A stretch of 64,000 nt of DNA from Polyangiales bacterium (lineage in GTDB: Bacteria; Myxococcota_A; Polyangia; Polyangiales; Polyangiaceae). The translations under genes were made by a program, and so were the position numbers. Under the pieces are notes generated by a model. It made no database searches. It saw nothing but the letters and a program-made list of their open reading frames with translations, and was not told the origin of the DNA. The DNA is taken from the NCBI GenBank assembly GCA_038230375.1, contig JBBRNJ010000022.1, forward strand, positions 32,001 through 96,000, given 5' to 3'. Positions within the stretch are counted from its first letter, which is position 1, and each line of letters begins with the position of its first letter. Positions 39,987 to 50,338 of the stretch are shown one piece after another.

Positions 39987-41267
39987 ATGTCCCTTGCCAG
40001 AGACCCCCAAGGCCGGCTCGCGACAGGAGCACCCGCCGCCCCCATCCTGCTCGCAGACGCGGTGAGGAGCGTGGGGACCCCCGCCTATGTCTACGACCTG
40101 GATGCCATCCGGGACGGCGTGCGCGCTCTCAAGGCGGCGTTCGGCAAGGAGCGTCACCACATCGCGTATGCGGTGAAGGCAAACAGCGCCGCCGAGATCG
40201 TCCGGACGATCGCGCGCGAGGGCGCTGGCGCGGACGTGGTGTCGGGCGCGGAGCTCGGGCTGTCACTCGCGTGCGGCATCGCGGCAGAGCGCATCGTCTA
40301 CAGCGGCGTGGCGAAGCGCGACGACGAGCTCGATCGCGCGATTTCTTCCGGTACGGACGGCATCGGCGCGATCCAGGTGGAGAGCGTGGAGGAGATCGCG
40401 CGCATCGAGGCGCGTGCCGCGTTCATGGGGTGGAAGGCGCGCGTGTCGCTCCGCATCAACCCCGGGGTGGAGTTCGAGGATCTCTCCACCCACGCACACA
40501 TCGCAACGGGCCACGACGAGGCGAAGTTCGGCGTGCCCATCAGCGACGTGTCGCGGGCGCTCGCGGCGCTGTCTCGTGCGCCGCACCTGGTGCTCGTCGG
40601 GCTCACGGCACATGGCGGCTCGCAGTTCACGACGACTGCACCCTATGTCGCCTCCGCGAAGGCGCTGTTTGCGCTGGCGCGCGAGGTGCTGAAGACGCAC
40701 AAGCTGGATTACGTGGACGCCGGCGGCGGATTCGGGATCGACTACGGGGAGGGCTGTGAGGCCACACCAGCGGATTTCGTTCGTGCCGCCCTCGAGGAGA
40801 AGAAGGCGCACGGGTTGGATTCCCTCGCGCTCTACGTGGAGCCGGGGCGGGCGCTCGTCGGCGCACACGGTGTGCTCGTGGGCCGCGTCGTCCAGCAGAA
40901 GGTCGTCTCCGATCGCCGCTGGGTCATGCTGGACACGGGCATGAACGATCTGATGCGGCCCGCGCTCTACGGCGCGAAGCACCGGATCGAGCTCGCCGAC
41001 CGCGCGCACCAGGGCGATCGCGCATGGCGCGTGGTGGGCCCCGTATGCGAGAGCTCCGACGACTTTGGCGAGCACGCTCTCGGCGAGCAACCCGAAGGCC
41101 TGGTCGCCATCCGCGACGCGGGCGCCTATGGCTACTCGATGGCGAGCCGCTACAACGGCCGCGCACTCCCAGCGGAGGTCTTCGTCTCCGAGGGCAAGGT
41201 CATCGCCGCACGCGCACGCGACGACGACGAGGCATGGATCAAGGACCGCCTGGCAGCCGGCCGGTAG
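39987..41267 (+). CDS. lysA: Diaminopimelate decarboxylase
   Basis: YAVKAN, KFG, GGGFG, EPGR, GPVCES, GAYG. Confidence 0.95.
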   Translation: MSLARDPQGRLATGAPAAPILLADAVRSVGTPAYVYDLDAIRDGVRALKAAFGKERHHIAYAVKANSAAEIVRTIAREGAGADVVSGAELGLSLACGIAAERIVYSGVAKRDDELDRAISSGTDGIGAIQVESVEEIARIEARAAFMGWKARVSLRINPGVEFEDLSTHAHIATGHDEAKFGVPISDVSRALAALSRAPHLVLVGLTAHGGSQFTTTAPYVASAKALFALAREVLKTHKLDYVDAGGGFGIDYGEGCEATPADFVRAALEEKKAHGLDSLALYVEPGRALVGAHGVLVGRVVQQKVVSDRRWVMLDTGMNDLMRPALYGAKHRIELADRAHQGDRAWRVVGPVCESSDDFGEHALGEQPEGLVAIRDAGAYGYSMASRYNGRALPAEVFVSEGKVIAARARDDDEAWIKDRLAAGR

Positions 41268-41278
41268 GAGAAAATCAA

Positions 41279-41578
41279 GTGGCAGCAAAACACGACGGAA
41301 AGCGCGCAGCAGCGAACATGTGGGTCACGCACCAGAACCTCGCAAGAGCGAAGGGCGGTCGCCCGCAGTTCAAGCAGCCAGTGAAAAAGGGAAAGAAGAC
41401 CCCCGCGGCAGAGGCCGAGGCGAAGGCCGAGGTTGAGGGGAAGGCCGAGGTTGAGGGGAAGGCCGAGGCGGAGGTGAAGCCTGAGGTTGAGGTGAAGGCC
41501 GAGGTTGAGGTGAAGGCCGAGGTTGAGGTGAAAGGCGACGCGAAGCCCACGGCGAAGAGCAAGTCCAAGTCGAAATGA
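41279..41578 (+). CDS. Small basic protein with KAEVE[GV] repeats (99 aa)
   Basis: AGGAG RBS at 41266-41270, GTG 41279; 18-bp repeats at about 41423-41535. Confidence 0.6.
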   Translation: MAAKHDGKRAAANMWVTHQNLARAKGGRPQFKQPVKKGKKTPAAEAEAKAEVEGKAEVEGKAEAEVKPEVEVKAEVEVKAEVEVKGDAKPTAKSKSKSK

Positions 41579-41592
41579 CCCTCAGACCCTGA

Positions 41593-41702
41593 GACTTCGA
41601 CTTCGACTTCGACCTCGACTTCGACCTCGACCTCGACCTCGACCTCGACCTCGACCTCGACCTCGACCTCGACCTCGACCTCGACTTCGACTTCGACCTC
41701 GA
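41593..41702. repeat. (GACCTC/GACTTC)n hexamer tract between convergent genes
   Basis: 18 near-perfect units. Confidence 0.95.
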
Positions 41703-41705
41703 GCT

Positions 41706-42530
41706 TCAGATGTCCGTCATGATCGTCGTCGTGATGTAGTCGGCCGCGAAGATCGCCACGATGCTCGCGACAACCGCCTTCGCCGTAGCCTCGCCGACGC
41801 CGCGCGCGCCGCCCGAAGCGTGAAAGCCCTTCTTGCAGCAGATCGTGCTGATGATGATCCCGAAGACGATGCTCTTCGTGATGAGCATCCGGATGTCCTT
41901 CCACCCGACGAACACGTGGACCTTGTCCCAGAAGAGGCCCGGGTCGATTCCCTGCCACGACACCGCCACGATGTAGGCGCCGCCCATGCCCGCAAGGCCG
42001 AACGCGAGCGAGAGCAGCGGCATCATGAGCGTGGTCGCCACGATGCGCGGCACCACCAGGTACTGCACCGGCGATACACCCATCGTGGTGATGGCGTCGA
42101 TCTGCTCGGTCACGCGCATGTTTCCGAGCTCGCTGGCCATGGTGCTGCCCGCGCGCGCGGTGACGACGACCGCCGCAAGCACCGGCGCGAGCTCACGCGA
42201 CAGAGCGAGCGCGACGACACCGCCGACCATTCCCTCAGCAGAGAAGCGACGGAAGCCGAGGATGGTGCTGACGGTGAACGCCATGCCCGTGAACAGGCCG
42301 ACAAGGCCAACGATGAACGTGGAGCCCGCGCCGATGAAATCCAGCGCGACCAGGAACTGCGCCCAGCGGAATGGCGGACGAATGAGCCATCCCGCCGCCC
42401 TCGCGGCGAGCAGCGCCGTCGAGCCGAGCTCGTCGAGCAGCGCGATCGGTGGCGCGAGCACGCGGTCAACGACGCTCATCAAGAACGACGGGCTCGCTTC
42501 CTTCTCGTCGCTGGCTTCGCCCTCGGACAT
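41706..42530 (-). CDS. mlaE: MlaE-family ABC permease
   Basis: RELAPVL, RAGS..ASELGNMRVTEQIDA, GGARGVG. Confidence 0.9.
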   Translation of the reverse strand: MSEGEASDEKEASPSFLMSVVDRVLAPPIALLDELGSTALLAARAAGWLIRPPFRWAQFLVALDFIGAGSTFIVGLVGLFTGMAFTVSTILGFRRFSAEGMVGGVVALALSRELAPVLAAVVVTARAGSTMASELGNMRVTEQIDAITTMGVSPVQYLVVPRIVATTLMMPLLSLAFGLAGMGGAYIVAVSWQGIDPGLFWDKVHVFVGWKDIRMLITKSIVFGIIISTICCKKGFHASGGARGVGEATAKAVVASIVAIFAADYITTTIMTDI

Positions 42531-42557
42531 CTTCGGGTCTAGGACTCTACTACGGGT

Positions 42558-43847
42558 CTACTGCTCGCGATAGAACCGCGGCACGCGCCTGGAAATCGAG
42601 GTGAGGACCTCCCACGCGATGGTTCCGATGCGCGAGGCGACCTCGTCCGCGGTGATGTTGTCGCGGCCCAGCGGCCCTTCCTGCGCGCCAAGGACCATCA
42701 CCTCGTCGGTGATGCCGACGCCTGGGATGTCCGTGACGTCGATCATGGACATGTCCATGGAGACAGCGCCGATGATCGGCGCGCGCTTTCCGCGGACCAG
42801 GAGATGACCGCGGTTCGAGAGCTGACGCGAGAGGCCGTCGGCGTAGCCCATGGGGACCGTGGCCACGCGCGTGTCTCGTGTTGCGCGGAAGAGCCCGCCG
42901 TAGCCCACGGTCTGACCGACCGGCACGGTGCGCACGTCCACCACCTCCGTACGAACGCGCATCACGGGCGCGAGCTCGGAGTCGAACGGCGCGCCCACGT
43001 CACCATCGTTGCCGACCGCACGCGGCGAGACACCGAAGAGCGCGATGCCCGGACGGACCGCGGACAGCCGCGCCTCGGCGCGAAGGAGCGCTGCGCTGTT
43101 CGCCGCATGACGAACCTCGGGGCGAATGCCCTTCTTCGCAAGTGTGGCCGTCATCTCGTCGAAGCGGACCATCTGCTCGTGCGTGTGCTCCTGCGAGAGC
43201 GCATCGGCGGACGCGAGATGAGTCATGAGCCCGCTCGGACGGAGCTCGGGGACGTTGAGGAGCTTGTCTGCGAAGCTCTCGAGATTCTCCGCGCGCAGAC
43301 CAAGGCGCGCCATCCCGGTGTCGAGCTTCACATGCACGTCTACCGGCTTGTCCAGCTTGAGCGCACGCGCTGCGGCAGCAAAGCCCGTCAGGTGCGACTC
43401 GTCATAGATCACCGGTGTCATGCCACGCGCGAGCACGTCCGCATATGCGCCGCCGTAGTAGCCGCCCATCACGAGGATGGGCGCGACGATACCCGCCTCG
43501 CGCAGCTCCACACCCTCTTCCAGGAGCGCAACGCAGAAGCCGTCAGCGCCGGCTCGCTCGAGGGTTCGTGCGACCGCCGGGGCGCCATGACCGTAGCCGT
43601 CCGCCTTCAGCACCGCCCAGACCTTCGCGCCGTCTGCGTGCTTCTTCACCACGCGGAAATTCTTGCGCAGGGCCTCCAGGTTCACCTCGGCGCGCGTCGG
43701 CCGGATGGCGTCCGCGGGCGCGGCGCGACGGGCTTTGTGCACGCGCGGCTCCGACTCCAGAGGAGCCGGTATCACTCGCTTCTTGTCGCCGCCTTCGTCG
43801 TGCATGATTCCTTCAGGGAGAGACCGGAGAGGAGAGCCCATATTCAT
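42558..43847 (-). CDS. alr: Alanine racemase
   Basis: VLKADGYGHG, KLDTGMARLG, GYADG, SMDM. Confidence 0.96.
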   Translation of the reverse strand: MNMGSPLRSLPEGIMHDEGGDKKRVIPAPLESEPRVHKARRAAPADAIRPTRAEVNLEALRKNFRVVKKHADGAKVWAVLKADGYGHGAPAVARTLERAGADGFCVALLEEGVELREAGIVAPILVMGGYYGGAYADVLARGMTPVIYDESHLTGFAAAARALKLDKPVDVHVKLDTGMARLGLRAENLESFADKLLNVPELRPSGLMTHLASADALSQEHTHEQMVRFDEMTATLAKKGIRPEVRHAANSAALLRAEARLSAVRPGIALFGVSPRAVGNDGDVGAPFDSELAPVMRVRTEVVDVRTVPVGQTVGYGGLFRATRDTRVATVPMGYADGLSRQLSNRGHLLVRGKRAPIIGAVSMDMSMIDVTDIPGVGITDEVMVLGAQEGPLGRDNITADEVASRIGTIAWEVLTSISRRVPRFYREQ

Positions 43848-45784
43848 CCGAACGCCGGGCTGCGTCGAGAGCTTCCGGGCGGACGTGCACTTTCCTCCGG
43901 CTCACCAGAGGCGCCCGTGGCCCCCTTGGCCACGGCTGCGAGCTTCTCCTTGGCGAACTGGAGCCGATACAGCTTCGCGTACACGCCGTCCTTCTCCATC
44001 AGCGCTGCGTGCGACCCGGTCTCCACCACCCTGCCCTTGTGGAACACCACGATGCGATCCACCGTGCGAATGGTGGACAACCGATGGGCGATCACGACGG
44101 CGGTGCGACCCTCCATCATGGCCTCGAGGGCCGTCTGCAGGCGAGCCTCGGTGTCGGAGTCGATGCTGGCAGTGGCCTCGTCCAGGATGACGATCGGCGT
44201 ATCCTTGTAGACTGCACGCGCAAACGCAATGAGCTGGCGCTCACCAGCGCTGAAGTTTGCGCCGCGCTCGTCCACCGCCGCAAGTAGCCCGTCCTGGCGC
44301 GACTCGAATACGGCGAGCGCCCCGATGCGCGACAGCGCCAGCTTCGCACGTTCGAGAGACGGCTCCGGATCGCTCATGGCAATGTTGGAGAGCACCGAGC
44401 CCGTGAAGAGGAAGACGTCCTGCGGGACCACGCTGAAATGCTCGCGCAGCTCGCGACGATCGTAGTCCTGCACGTCCTTGCCGAGCACACGGATCTGCCC
44501 GGATTGATGCTCGTAGAGCTGGAGCAAGAGCGCCGAGATCGTGGTCTTGCCCGCGCCCGTCGCACCAACGAGCGCCACCTTCTCGCCGCGCGGGACGTCG
44601 AAGCTCACATCACGCAGCACGGGCACGCCGGGTTTGTATGCAAACTGCACGTTGTCGAAGCGGATGGCCTCGGTCGCCGGACCGCGCGCGTGCTCCTTGC
44701 CTGGGGTCGCGGTGGTCTCTCGCGGGGCGCGTTCCAGCTCCGTGAGATCCAGGAGCTGGAAGATGCGCTCCGCGCCCGCCATCGCGCTCTGCAGGATGGT
44801 GTAGCGCTGCGCGAGCAGGCTGACCGGCTCGAAGAACTGCTTGATGTACTGCGTGAAGATCACGACCAGCGCGAACGTGATGCCTTCGCCGATCTTCGAG
44901 ATCCCGCCCCACCACAGGATGCTGGCGATGCAGAGCGAGGACACCATCTCGATCGCGGCGTCCAGGATGGCCTCGTAGAAGATGGAGCGCTTGTTCGCGT
45001 CGCGATACGCGTCGTTGATCTCGTCGAAGTCCTCCGCCATCTTGCCTTCGCGCGCGTAGGCCTGCACCACGGCGATGCCCGCGACCTGCTCGTTCAGGAA
45101 CGAGTTGAGGCGCGCCGTGCGCGTGCGGATGTCGCGATAGGCCGCGCGTGAGCGCTTTCGTGTCCAGTTCACCACCAGGCCCACCAGCGGGAGCGCCGCG
45201 AACGCGACCAGCGACAGGCGCACGTTCAGCCGCAGCATCAGGATGACGATGCCGGTCAGCGAGAGCAGGTCGACGATCGCCATGAGCACGCCGGACGCGA
45301 AGAGCTCGCCCACGGCGTCCACGTCGTTCGTTGCGCGCGTGACCAGGCGCCCGACCGGCGTGCGATCGAAGTATGAAAGCCGCAGCTTCTGGAAGAACAG
45401 GAAGATGAAGTTGCGAAGGTCCGCCATGATGCGCGCACCCGCGACCTGCATCGCGTACTGACCGAAGAACCCGAGCAGCTGCTGGACGATGACCACCCCG
45501 CACAGCATCACGCCGTCCCAGAGCAGGTTGTCCGCACGCGACGCCGCCGCGTCTCCCACCACGCGACCCATGAGCAGCGGACGCACCAGCGCTCCGCCCA
45601 TCACGACCACCTGGAGGCCGAGCGACAGCACGATGAGCAAGGCGTGAGGCTTCACGAACGGCATGAGGCGGCCCGCGAGCTGCAGGTCGTACGCCTTGCC
45701 CACGTCGGTCTCTTCGTGGAAGGCCTTGAGCTTCTCCTTGCCTCGCTGACCGGCAGCGGGCTTCTTCTTGGTCTCTTCCGTCAT
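43844..45784 (-). CDS. ABC exporter TMD-NBD subunit (heterodimer partner 2)
   Basis: GATGAGKT, FSAGERQ, LDEAT, AHRLST. Confidence 0.93.
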   Translation of the reverse strand: MTEETKKKPAAGQRGKEKLKAFHEETDVGKAYDLQLAGRLMPFVKPHALLIVLSLGLQVVVMGGALVRPLLMGRVVGDAAASRADNLLWDGVMLCGVVIVQQLLGFFGQYAMQVAGARIMADLRNFIFLFFQKLRLSYFDRTPVGRLVTRATNDVDAVGELFASGVLMAIVDLLSLTGIVILMLRLNVRLSLVAFAALPLVGLVVNWTRKRSRAAYRDIRTRTARLNSFLNEQVAGIAVVQAYAREGKMAEDFDEINDAYRDANKRSIFYEAILDAAIEMVSSLCIASILWWGGISKIGEGITFALVVIFTQYIKQFFEPVSLLAQRYTILQSAMAGAERIFQLLDLTELERAPRETTATPGKEHARGPATEAIRFDNVQFAYKPGVPVLRDVSFDVPRGEKVALVGATGAGKTTISALLLQLYEHQSGQIRVLGKDVQDYDRRELREHFSVVPQDVFLFTGSVLSNIAMSDPEPSLERAKLALSRIGALAVFESRQDGLLAAVDERGANFSAGERQLIAFARAVYKDTPIVILDEATASIDSDTEARLQTALEAMMEGRTAVVIAHRLSTIRTVDRIVVFHKGRVVETGSHAALMEKDGVYAKLYRLQFAKEKLAAVAKGATGASGEPEESARPPGSSRRSPAFG

Positions 45785-47601
45785 GCGGCCCCCTCGCCCC
45801 GTGCTTCGTGGGGTTCGGGCGCCAGCACGGCATCCAGCTGCGCGAGCTCGCTCTCGGCGCTCTGCTCTTCCGCGAAGGCGGCGTAGAGGCCGTCCATCTT
45901 CACCAGCTCCTCGTGCGTGCCTTGCGCGACGATCCGACCTTCATCCAGGACCAGGATGGTGTCGCAGCGTGAAGCCGCCGCCACGCGATGGGTCACCAGG
46001 ACCAGCGTGCGCTTCGACTTCTGACGCTCGATCGCCTTCAAAATAAGGCTCTCCGTCTTCGCGTCCACCGCCGACAGCGGATCGTCCAGGACCAGCACCT
46101 TGGGTTCGCGTACGAGCGCGCGCGCCAGCGCGATGCGCTGCTTCTGCCCGCCCGAGAGCTGCACGCCGCGCTCACCGACGACCGTGTCGAACTGCTCCGG
46201 CAAGGAGAGCGCCTCCTCCAGCACCTGCGCCTCGCGCGCAGCATCACGGATCCGCTCCAGGGATTCCTCGGAGTCCGGATCGTCCAGTGACAGACCGATG
46301 TTCTGCGACACGGTGGTGGAGAAGAGGAACGCGTCCTGCTGCGCGTAGCCGACAGCCTCGCGCACGGTGGAGAGCGGCAGCTGGCACACGTCTACGCCGT
46401 CCAGTTTGACGGTGCCCTCGGGCGTGGGAAGAAGACGCGCAAGGAGCATCGCGAGCGTGGACTTTCCGGAGCCCGTGCGGCCGACGATCGCGATCGACTT
46501 TCCCGCGGGCAGCTCGAACGAGACGTCCGTGAGGACCGCGCGCTCGCCATAGGCAAACGCAAGGCCGCTACATGACAGCGCGCCGCGTACCTCTTTCAGG
46601 CGCGGGAGGGGACCGTCGCAGATCTCGGGCTGGGCGTCGAACACCTCGCGAAGACGCGTGTATCCTGCACGACCGCGCTGGATGATCGCGAGCGAGAAGC
46701 CGAGCGCGATGATCGGCCATGTCATGCGGCCGAGCGCGAGCCAGAACGCGAAGAAGTCCCCAGGCGAGAGCCCGCCGTTCGCGGGGCCAAGGAGCAGGAG
46801 CTTGCTGCCGTACCAGAAGCACGCGAGCACACCGAGCGAGCTCGCCGCGCCCACGGTGGGGCCCATCAGCCCGCGCAGCCGCGCAAGCCCAAGGCTTGCC
46901 TCCAGGTAACTCTGGTTCGCCTCCTGGAAGCGCAGGTGCTCGCGCGACTCCAGCGCGAAGCTACGCACCACGCGCACGCCGGCCAGGTTCGTCTGCAGGA
47001 TGTCCGAGAGGCGACCGATCGCCTTCTGGTTGTTCATCGTGCGCGCGTAGAGGTTCTTGGAGAAGAGGCGCGTGGTGCCGACCAGGAACGGCAGCATCAC
47101 GAACGTGACCAGCGTGAGCTTGGGGGAGATCCGCACCATCACCTGCAGCGCGCTCGCGAACGCGAACATCACGTTCACGATGTTGAGCACGCCAAAGCCA
47201 AGGAGCAGGCGCACCTGGAGGAGGTCGCCGGTGGAGCGGCTCATGATCTCGCCCGACGACATCTTCCGATAGAACGCAGCGCCCAGCTGGTGCAGGCGAT
47301 GGAGCAGGAGCGCGCGGAGCTCGTACTCGACGTCGCGGCCAGCGTTGAAGACGAACCAGCGGCTGGCGACGCGCGTGCCGAACGCGACCAGCGCGAGGCC
47401 GAGCATGATGGTCGCGGGCCTGGACACGTCGCTGGGGTTCGGGCCGAAGATGATGTCGATGGCCGACTTGCTCATCCAGTCGATGCGGTTCATCGACAGC
47501 TGGAAGATCGCGAGCATGAGGGTGCCGAAGAGATACGACGGCAGGTGCCGCATGAACTGCCCGGTCAGGGTGTTCGGGATCTTGCTCGGGTCGACCTTCA
47601 A
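45781..47601 (-). CDS. ABC exporter TMD-NBD subunit (heterodimer partner 1); start uncertain
   Basis: GRTGSGKS, LSGGQKQR, degenerate Walker B LDDPLS typical of MdlA-type; ATGA overlap with partner. Confidence 0.92.
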   Translation of the reverse strand: MKVDPSKIPNTLTGQFMRHLPSYLFGTLMLAIFQLSMNRIDWMSKSAIDIIFGPNPSDVSRPATIMLGLALVAFGTRVASRWFVFNAGRDVEYELRALLLHRLHQLGAAFYRKMSSGEIMSRSTGDLLQVRLLLGFGVLNIVNVMFAFASALQVMVRISPKLTLVTFVMLPFLVGTTRLFSKNLYARTMNNQKAIGRLSDILQTNLAGVRVVRSFALESREHLRFQEANQSYLEASLGLARLRGLMGPTVGAASSLGVLACFWYGSKLLLLGPANGGLSPGDFFAFWLALGRMTWPIIALGFSLAIIQRGRAGYTRLREVFDAQPEICDGPLPRLKEVRGALSCSGLAFAYGERAVLTDVSFELPAGKSIAIVGRTGSGKSTLAMLLARLLPTPEGTVKLDGVDVCQLPLSTVREAVGYAQQDAFLFSTTVSQNIGLSLDDPDSEESLERIRDAAREAQVLEEALSLPEQFDTVVGERGVQLSGGQKQRIALARALVREPKVLVLDDPLSAVDAKTESLILKAIERQKSKRTLVLVTHRVAAASRCDTILVLDEGRIVAQGTHEELVKMDGLYAAFAEEQSAESELAQLDAVLAPEPHEARGEGAA

Positions 47602-47608
47602 CGCATGC

Positions 47609-48775
47609 TCATTTCGAGGACACTCCGCCCAGAGGTCTTCGATGCGACGACATGAGCTTCTGTCGCGCGTTTTTCCCGGTCCGGTCACGAAAAGCGACCA
47701 GGTCCTTGACCCGGAGGCGGGCGGCGAGCAGCCCGAAGAGCACCCGGGCGCCGCCTTTGCCGTCGAGCTCCTGCACGACGCCGACTTTGCCCGAAAACGG
47801 GCCGGCCAGGACGGAGATTCGTGTGCCCTTCTCGATGGGTAGCCTGGAGTCGGTGTCGGCGTCCTTCTGGGCACGGCGCAGGATGGGGCGCTTGCGCAGG
47901 AACAGCGGATCGGTGCGATTCGACGGGCCGCCGTCGCTCTGGGTGGGGGAGTCATCCGTGGATGCGGGCTCTCCGTCGTCCACGAAGGCGTAATCCTTGG
48001 GGCGACGGCCCTTCCGGATCGGCGTGCGCTTGGATTTGGCGCCTTCGCGCTCTGCGACCGCGCGGGCCCGGCGCTTCTGACCGGAGAAGAAGTCGTTGTC
48101 GGCGGACCACGCGAGCGTGTCGTACAGGCTTCCGAGCGCGGAGAACGCGTCCTCCAGGAGGCCGCCGATCTCGGTCTTCTGCGCGACGGCGAGATCCTTC
48201 GGCAGCGTCCACCCGAAGAAGAGCGAAGCGCCCAGGCCCACCGCTTCGTCCACCCATTCGCGGAGCTCGCGCCCCGTGATGCGCGACACCGGCCCCTGGG
48301 AGCCGCCTTCGACGCCCGCCCAGAACTGCTCCGGCAGCGCCTCCACCACGCTGGTCGCCGCGAGCACCCCCTCGGGGCTCTTCAGCTTCGCGCGCAGGTT
48401 GTGAATGTCCACGAGCGCAGACGCCGGCAGCTCGAGGCGTGCCTCGACCGTGGCGTGCGTGAGCCGCAGCACGAGCTTGGCGTTCTCGGCGAAAACGCCC
48501 GCGAAGAGCGGCCGGTAGTCGAGCTTCTGCGCACGCGCCACCTTCAGCGCTTGCTCGCGCTGACGACTGCTGCGCACGAACACGACGCCCGGCGGCCCGA
48601 GCTTGCCGTCGACCACTGCAAGCTCCAGCGAGAGCCCGAGCTCCGCGAGGCGCTCCTGCACGGCCGCCGACCAGTGCTGCAGCCGCTCGCGCAGATCCTC
48701 GTCCATGGACCCGCGACCACGCAGGTCGAAGTCGTTGCGAGAAAATACGAGTGCGCGGCGTGAGGGGGCGACCAT
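47609..48775 (-). CDS. Hypothetical protein with C-terminal NusG-type KOW motif
   Basis: KGTRISVLAGPFSGKVGVVQELD..ARVLFG. Confidence 0.75.
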   Translation of the reverse strand: MVAPSRRALVFSRNDFDLRGRGSMDEDLRERLQHWSAAVQERLAELGLSLELAVVDGKLGPPGVVFVRSSRQREQALKVARAQKLDYRPLFAGVFAENAKLVLRLTHATVEARLELPASALVDIHNLRAKLKSPEGVLAATSVVEALPEQFWAGVEGGSQGPVSRITGRELREWVDEAVGLGASLFFGWTLPKDLAVAQKTEIGGLLEDAFSALGSLYDTLAWSADNDFFSGQKRRARAVAEREGAKSKRTPIRKGRRPKDYAFVDDGEPASTDDSPTQSDGGPSNRTDPLFLRKRPILRRAQKDADTDSRLPIEKGTRISVLAGPFSGKVGVVQELDGKGGARVLFGLLAARLRVKDLVAFRDRTGKNARQKLMSSHRRPLGGVSSK

Positions 48776-48938
48776 CGTCGTGGGAGGCTCGCGCCTCGAT
48801 CAGCGCGAGACCTTAGCCTTAGTTCCACCACGAATGGCTTGGGTCGAGTTTCGTCCGCCCTCACCGAAAGAGGTGCGCCCTTGACGCAGAGCGTCATCGG
48901 CCTTAACCATGGGATAACCGAGCAAAAGGAGGGTCCGA

Positions 48939-49085
48939 ATGACCCATGATTCCCACGACCGGATCGAGCTTTCACGTCGTTCTCCTGGCACCCCGAGCGC
49001 CCTCTCCAACCTCATGCTGACGGGGCTCTTCGGCCTCGCCCTCACGGCGACGTTCTATGTGAGCTGGCTCTGGGCTTCGCGGTAG
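48939..49085 (+). CDS. Small membrane protein (48 aa), absent from the ORF track
   Basis: AAGGAGG RBS; MTHDSHDRIELSRRSPGTPSALSNLMLTGLFGLALTATFYVSWLWASR*. Confidence 0.6.
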   Translation: MTHDSHDRIELSRRSPGTPSALSNLMLTGLFGLALTATFYVSWLWASR

Positions 49086-49135
49086 CGCGGGGGACAGGGA
49101 ATGCCGTTTGCGCCGCGGCTGTTGGACGGAAAGGC

Positions 49136-50335
49136 ATGCTAAGGTCGACCGAACTCGTGCCCCCGCGTCAGAAGCCCGCCAAGACCGAAGCCCTGAAGAC
49201 CGAAGCGGCCGCGAAGCCCAAGGGCCGCCGCAAGGCTGCAGCTCATGCACCCAAGGAGGAGGCCGACGAGCAGGACCGTGAGGAAGGCTCCGAGGGCGCC
49301 GACACGGACCCGAATGATGAGCGTGACGATACGGAGGTCGTGGTCGCCGAGCCCGTGGAAGCGGAGCTCGTGTCCGACGACGACGAACCCGCGCTCGCCG
49401 AGGATGCGGACACCGAGCCCGCCGACGACGACGCGAAGCCTCCGCGCTCACGCGCCCCGCTCTCCAGCGAGACCGGGATGGAGCGGATGGACCCGATGTC
49501 CGCGTACCTCCGCGAGGTGCAGCGGCACAAGCTGCTCACGCCGGAGGAGACGCAGGAGCTTGCCGTCCGCTTCCTCAAGACGCAGGACTCGAAGGTCGCC
49601 GCGCGACTGGTGACGGCGAACCTGCGCCTGGTCGTGAAGATCGCGTACGAGTACCGCCGCGCCTACAAGAACATCATGGACCTGGTTCAGGAGGGCAACA
49701 TCGGCCTCATGCAGGCCGTGAAGCGCTACGATCCGTATCGCGGCGTGAAGCTGTCTTCCTACGCAGCGTGGTGGATCCGCGCATACATCCTGCGGTTCAT
49801 TCTGAACAACTGGCGCCTCGTGAAGCTCGGCACCACGCAGGCCCAGCGGAAGCTGTTCTTCAACCTGAAGAAGGCCCGCGCGGAGCTCGCCGCCATGGGC
49901 ATGGACCCCAGCGACGCAGAGGTCGCGAAGCGGCTCAACGTGCCCGAGACCGACGTGTCCGAGATGGAGGTGCGCCTCCAGGCCAGCGAGAAATCGCTCG
50001 ACGCGCCCGTCGGAGACGCGGACGGTCGCTCGATCACGCGCGTGGACATGATGCCGTTCGCTGGCGCAGGCCCCGAGGCAATGATGGCCGACGGTGAGCT
50101 GCAGGCGCTCCTGCGCGAGAAGCTCGACGTGTTCCGCGGCACGCTCGCAGGCAAGGAGAAGGAGCTCGCGATCTTCGACGAGCGCCTTGTGGCGGACGAT
50201 CCGCTCACGCTCCAGGAGCTGGGTGAGCGCTTCAAGATCTCGCGCGAGCGCGTCCGCCAACTGGAGCAGCGCCTGCAGGGCAAGCTGCGCGACTTCTTGA
50301 AGCGAGAGATGGGCGACGCAACGGAGCTGGCGTAG
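49136..50335 (+). CDS. rpoH: RpoH/sigma32-family sigma factor with acidic N-terminal extension
   Basis: DLVQEGNIGLM, YAAWWIRA, RpoH box QRKLFFNL, ISRERVRQLE. Confidence 0.88.
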   Translation: MLRSTELVPPRQKPAKTEALKTEAAAKPKGRRKAAAHAPKEEADEQDREEGSEGADTDPNDERDDTEVVVAEPVEAELVSDDDEPALAEDADTEPADDDAKPPRSRAPLSSETGMERMDPMSAYLREVQRHKLLTPEETQELAVRFLKTQDSKVAARLVTANLRLVVKIAYEYRRAYKNIMDLVQEGNIGLMQAVKRYDPYRGVKLSSYAAWWIRAYILRFILNNWRLVKLGTTQAQRKLFFNLKKARAELAAMGMDPSDAEVAKRLNVPETDVSEMEVRLQASEKSLDAPVGDADGRSITRVDMMPFAGAGPEAMMADGELQALLREKLDVFRGTLAGKEKELAIFDERLVADDPLTLQELGERFKISRERVRQLEQRLQGKLRDFLKREMGDATELA

Positions 50336-50338
50336 CCG

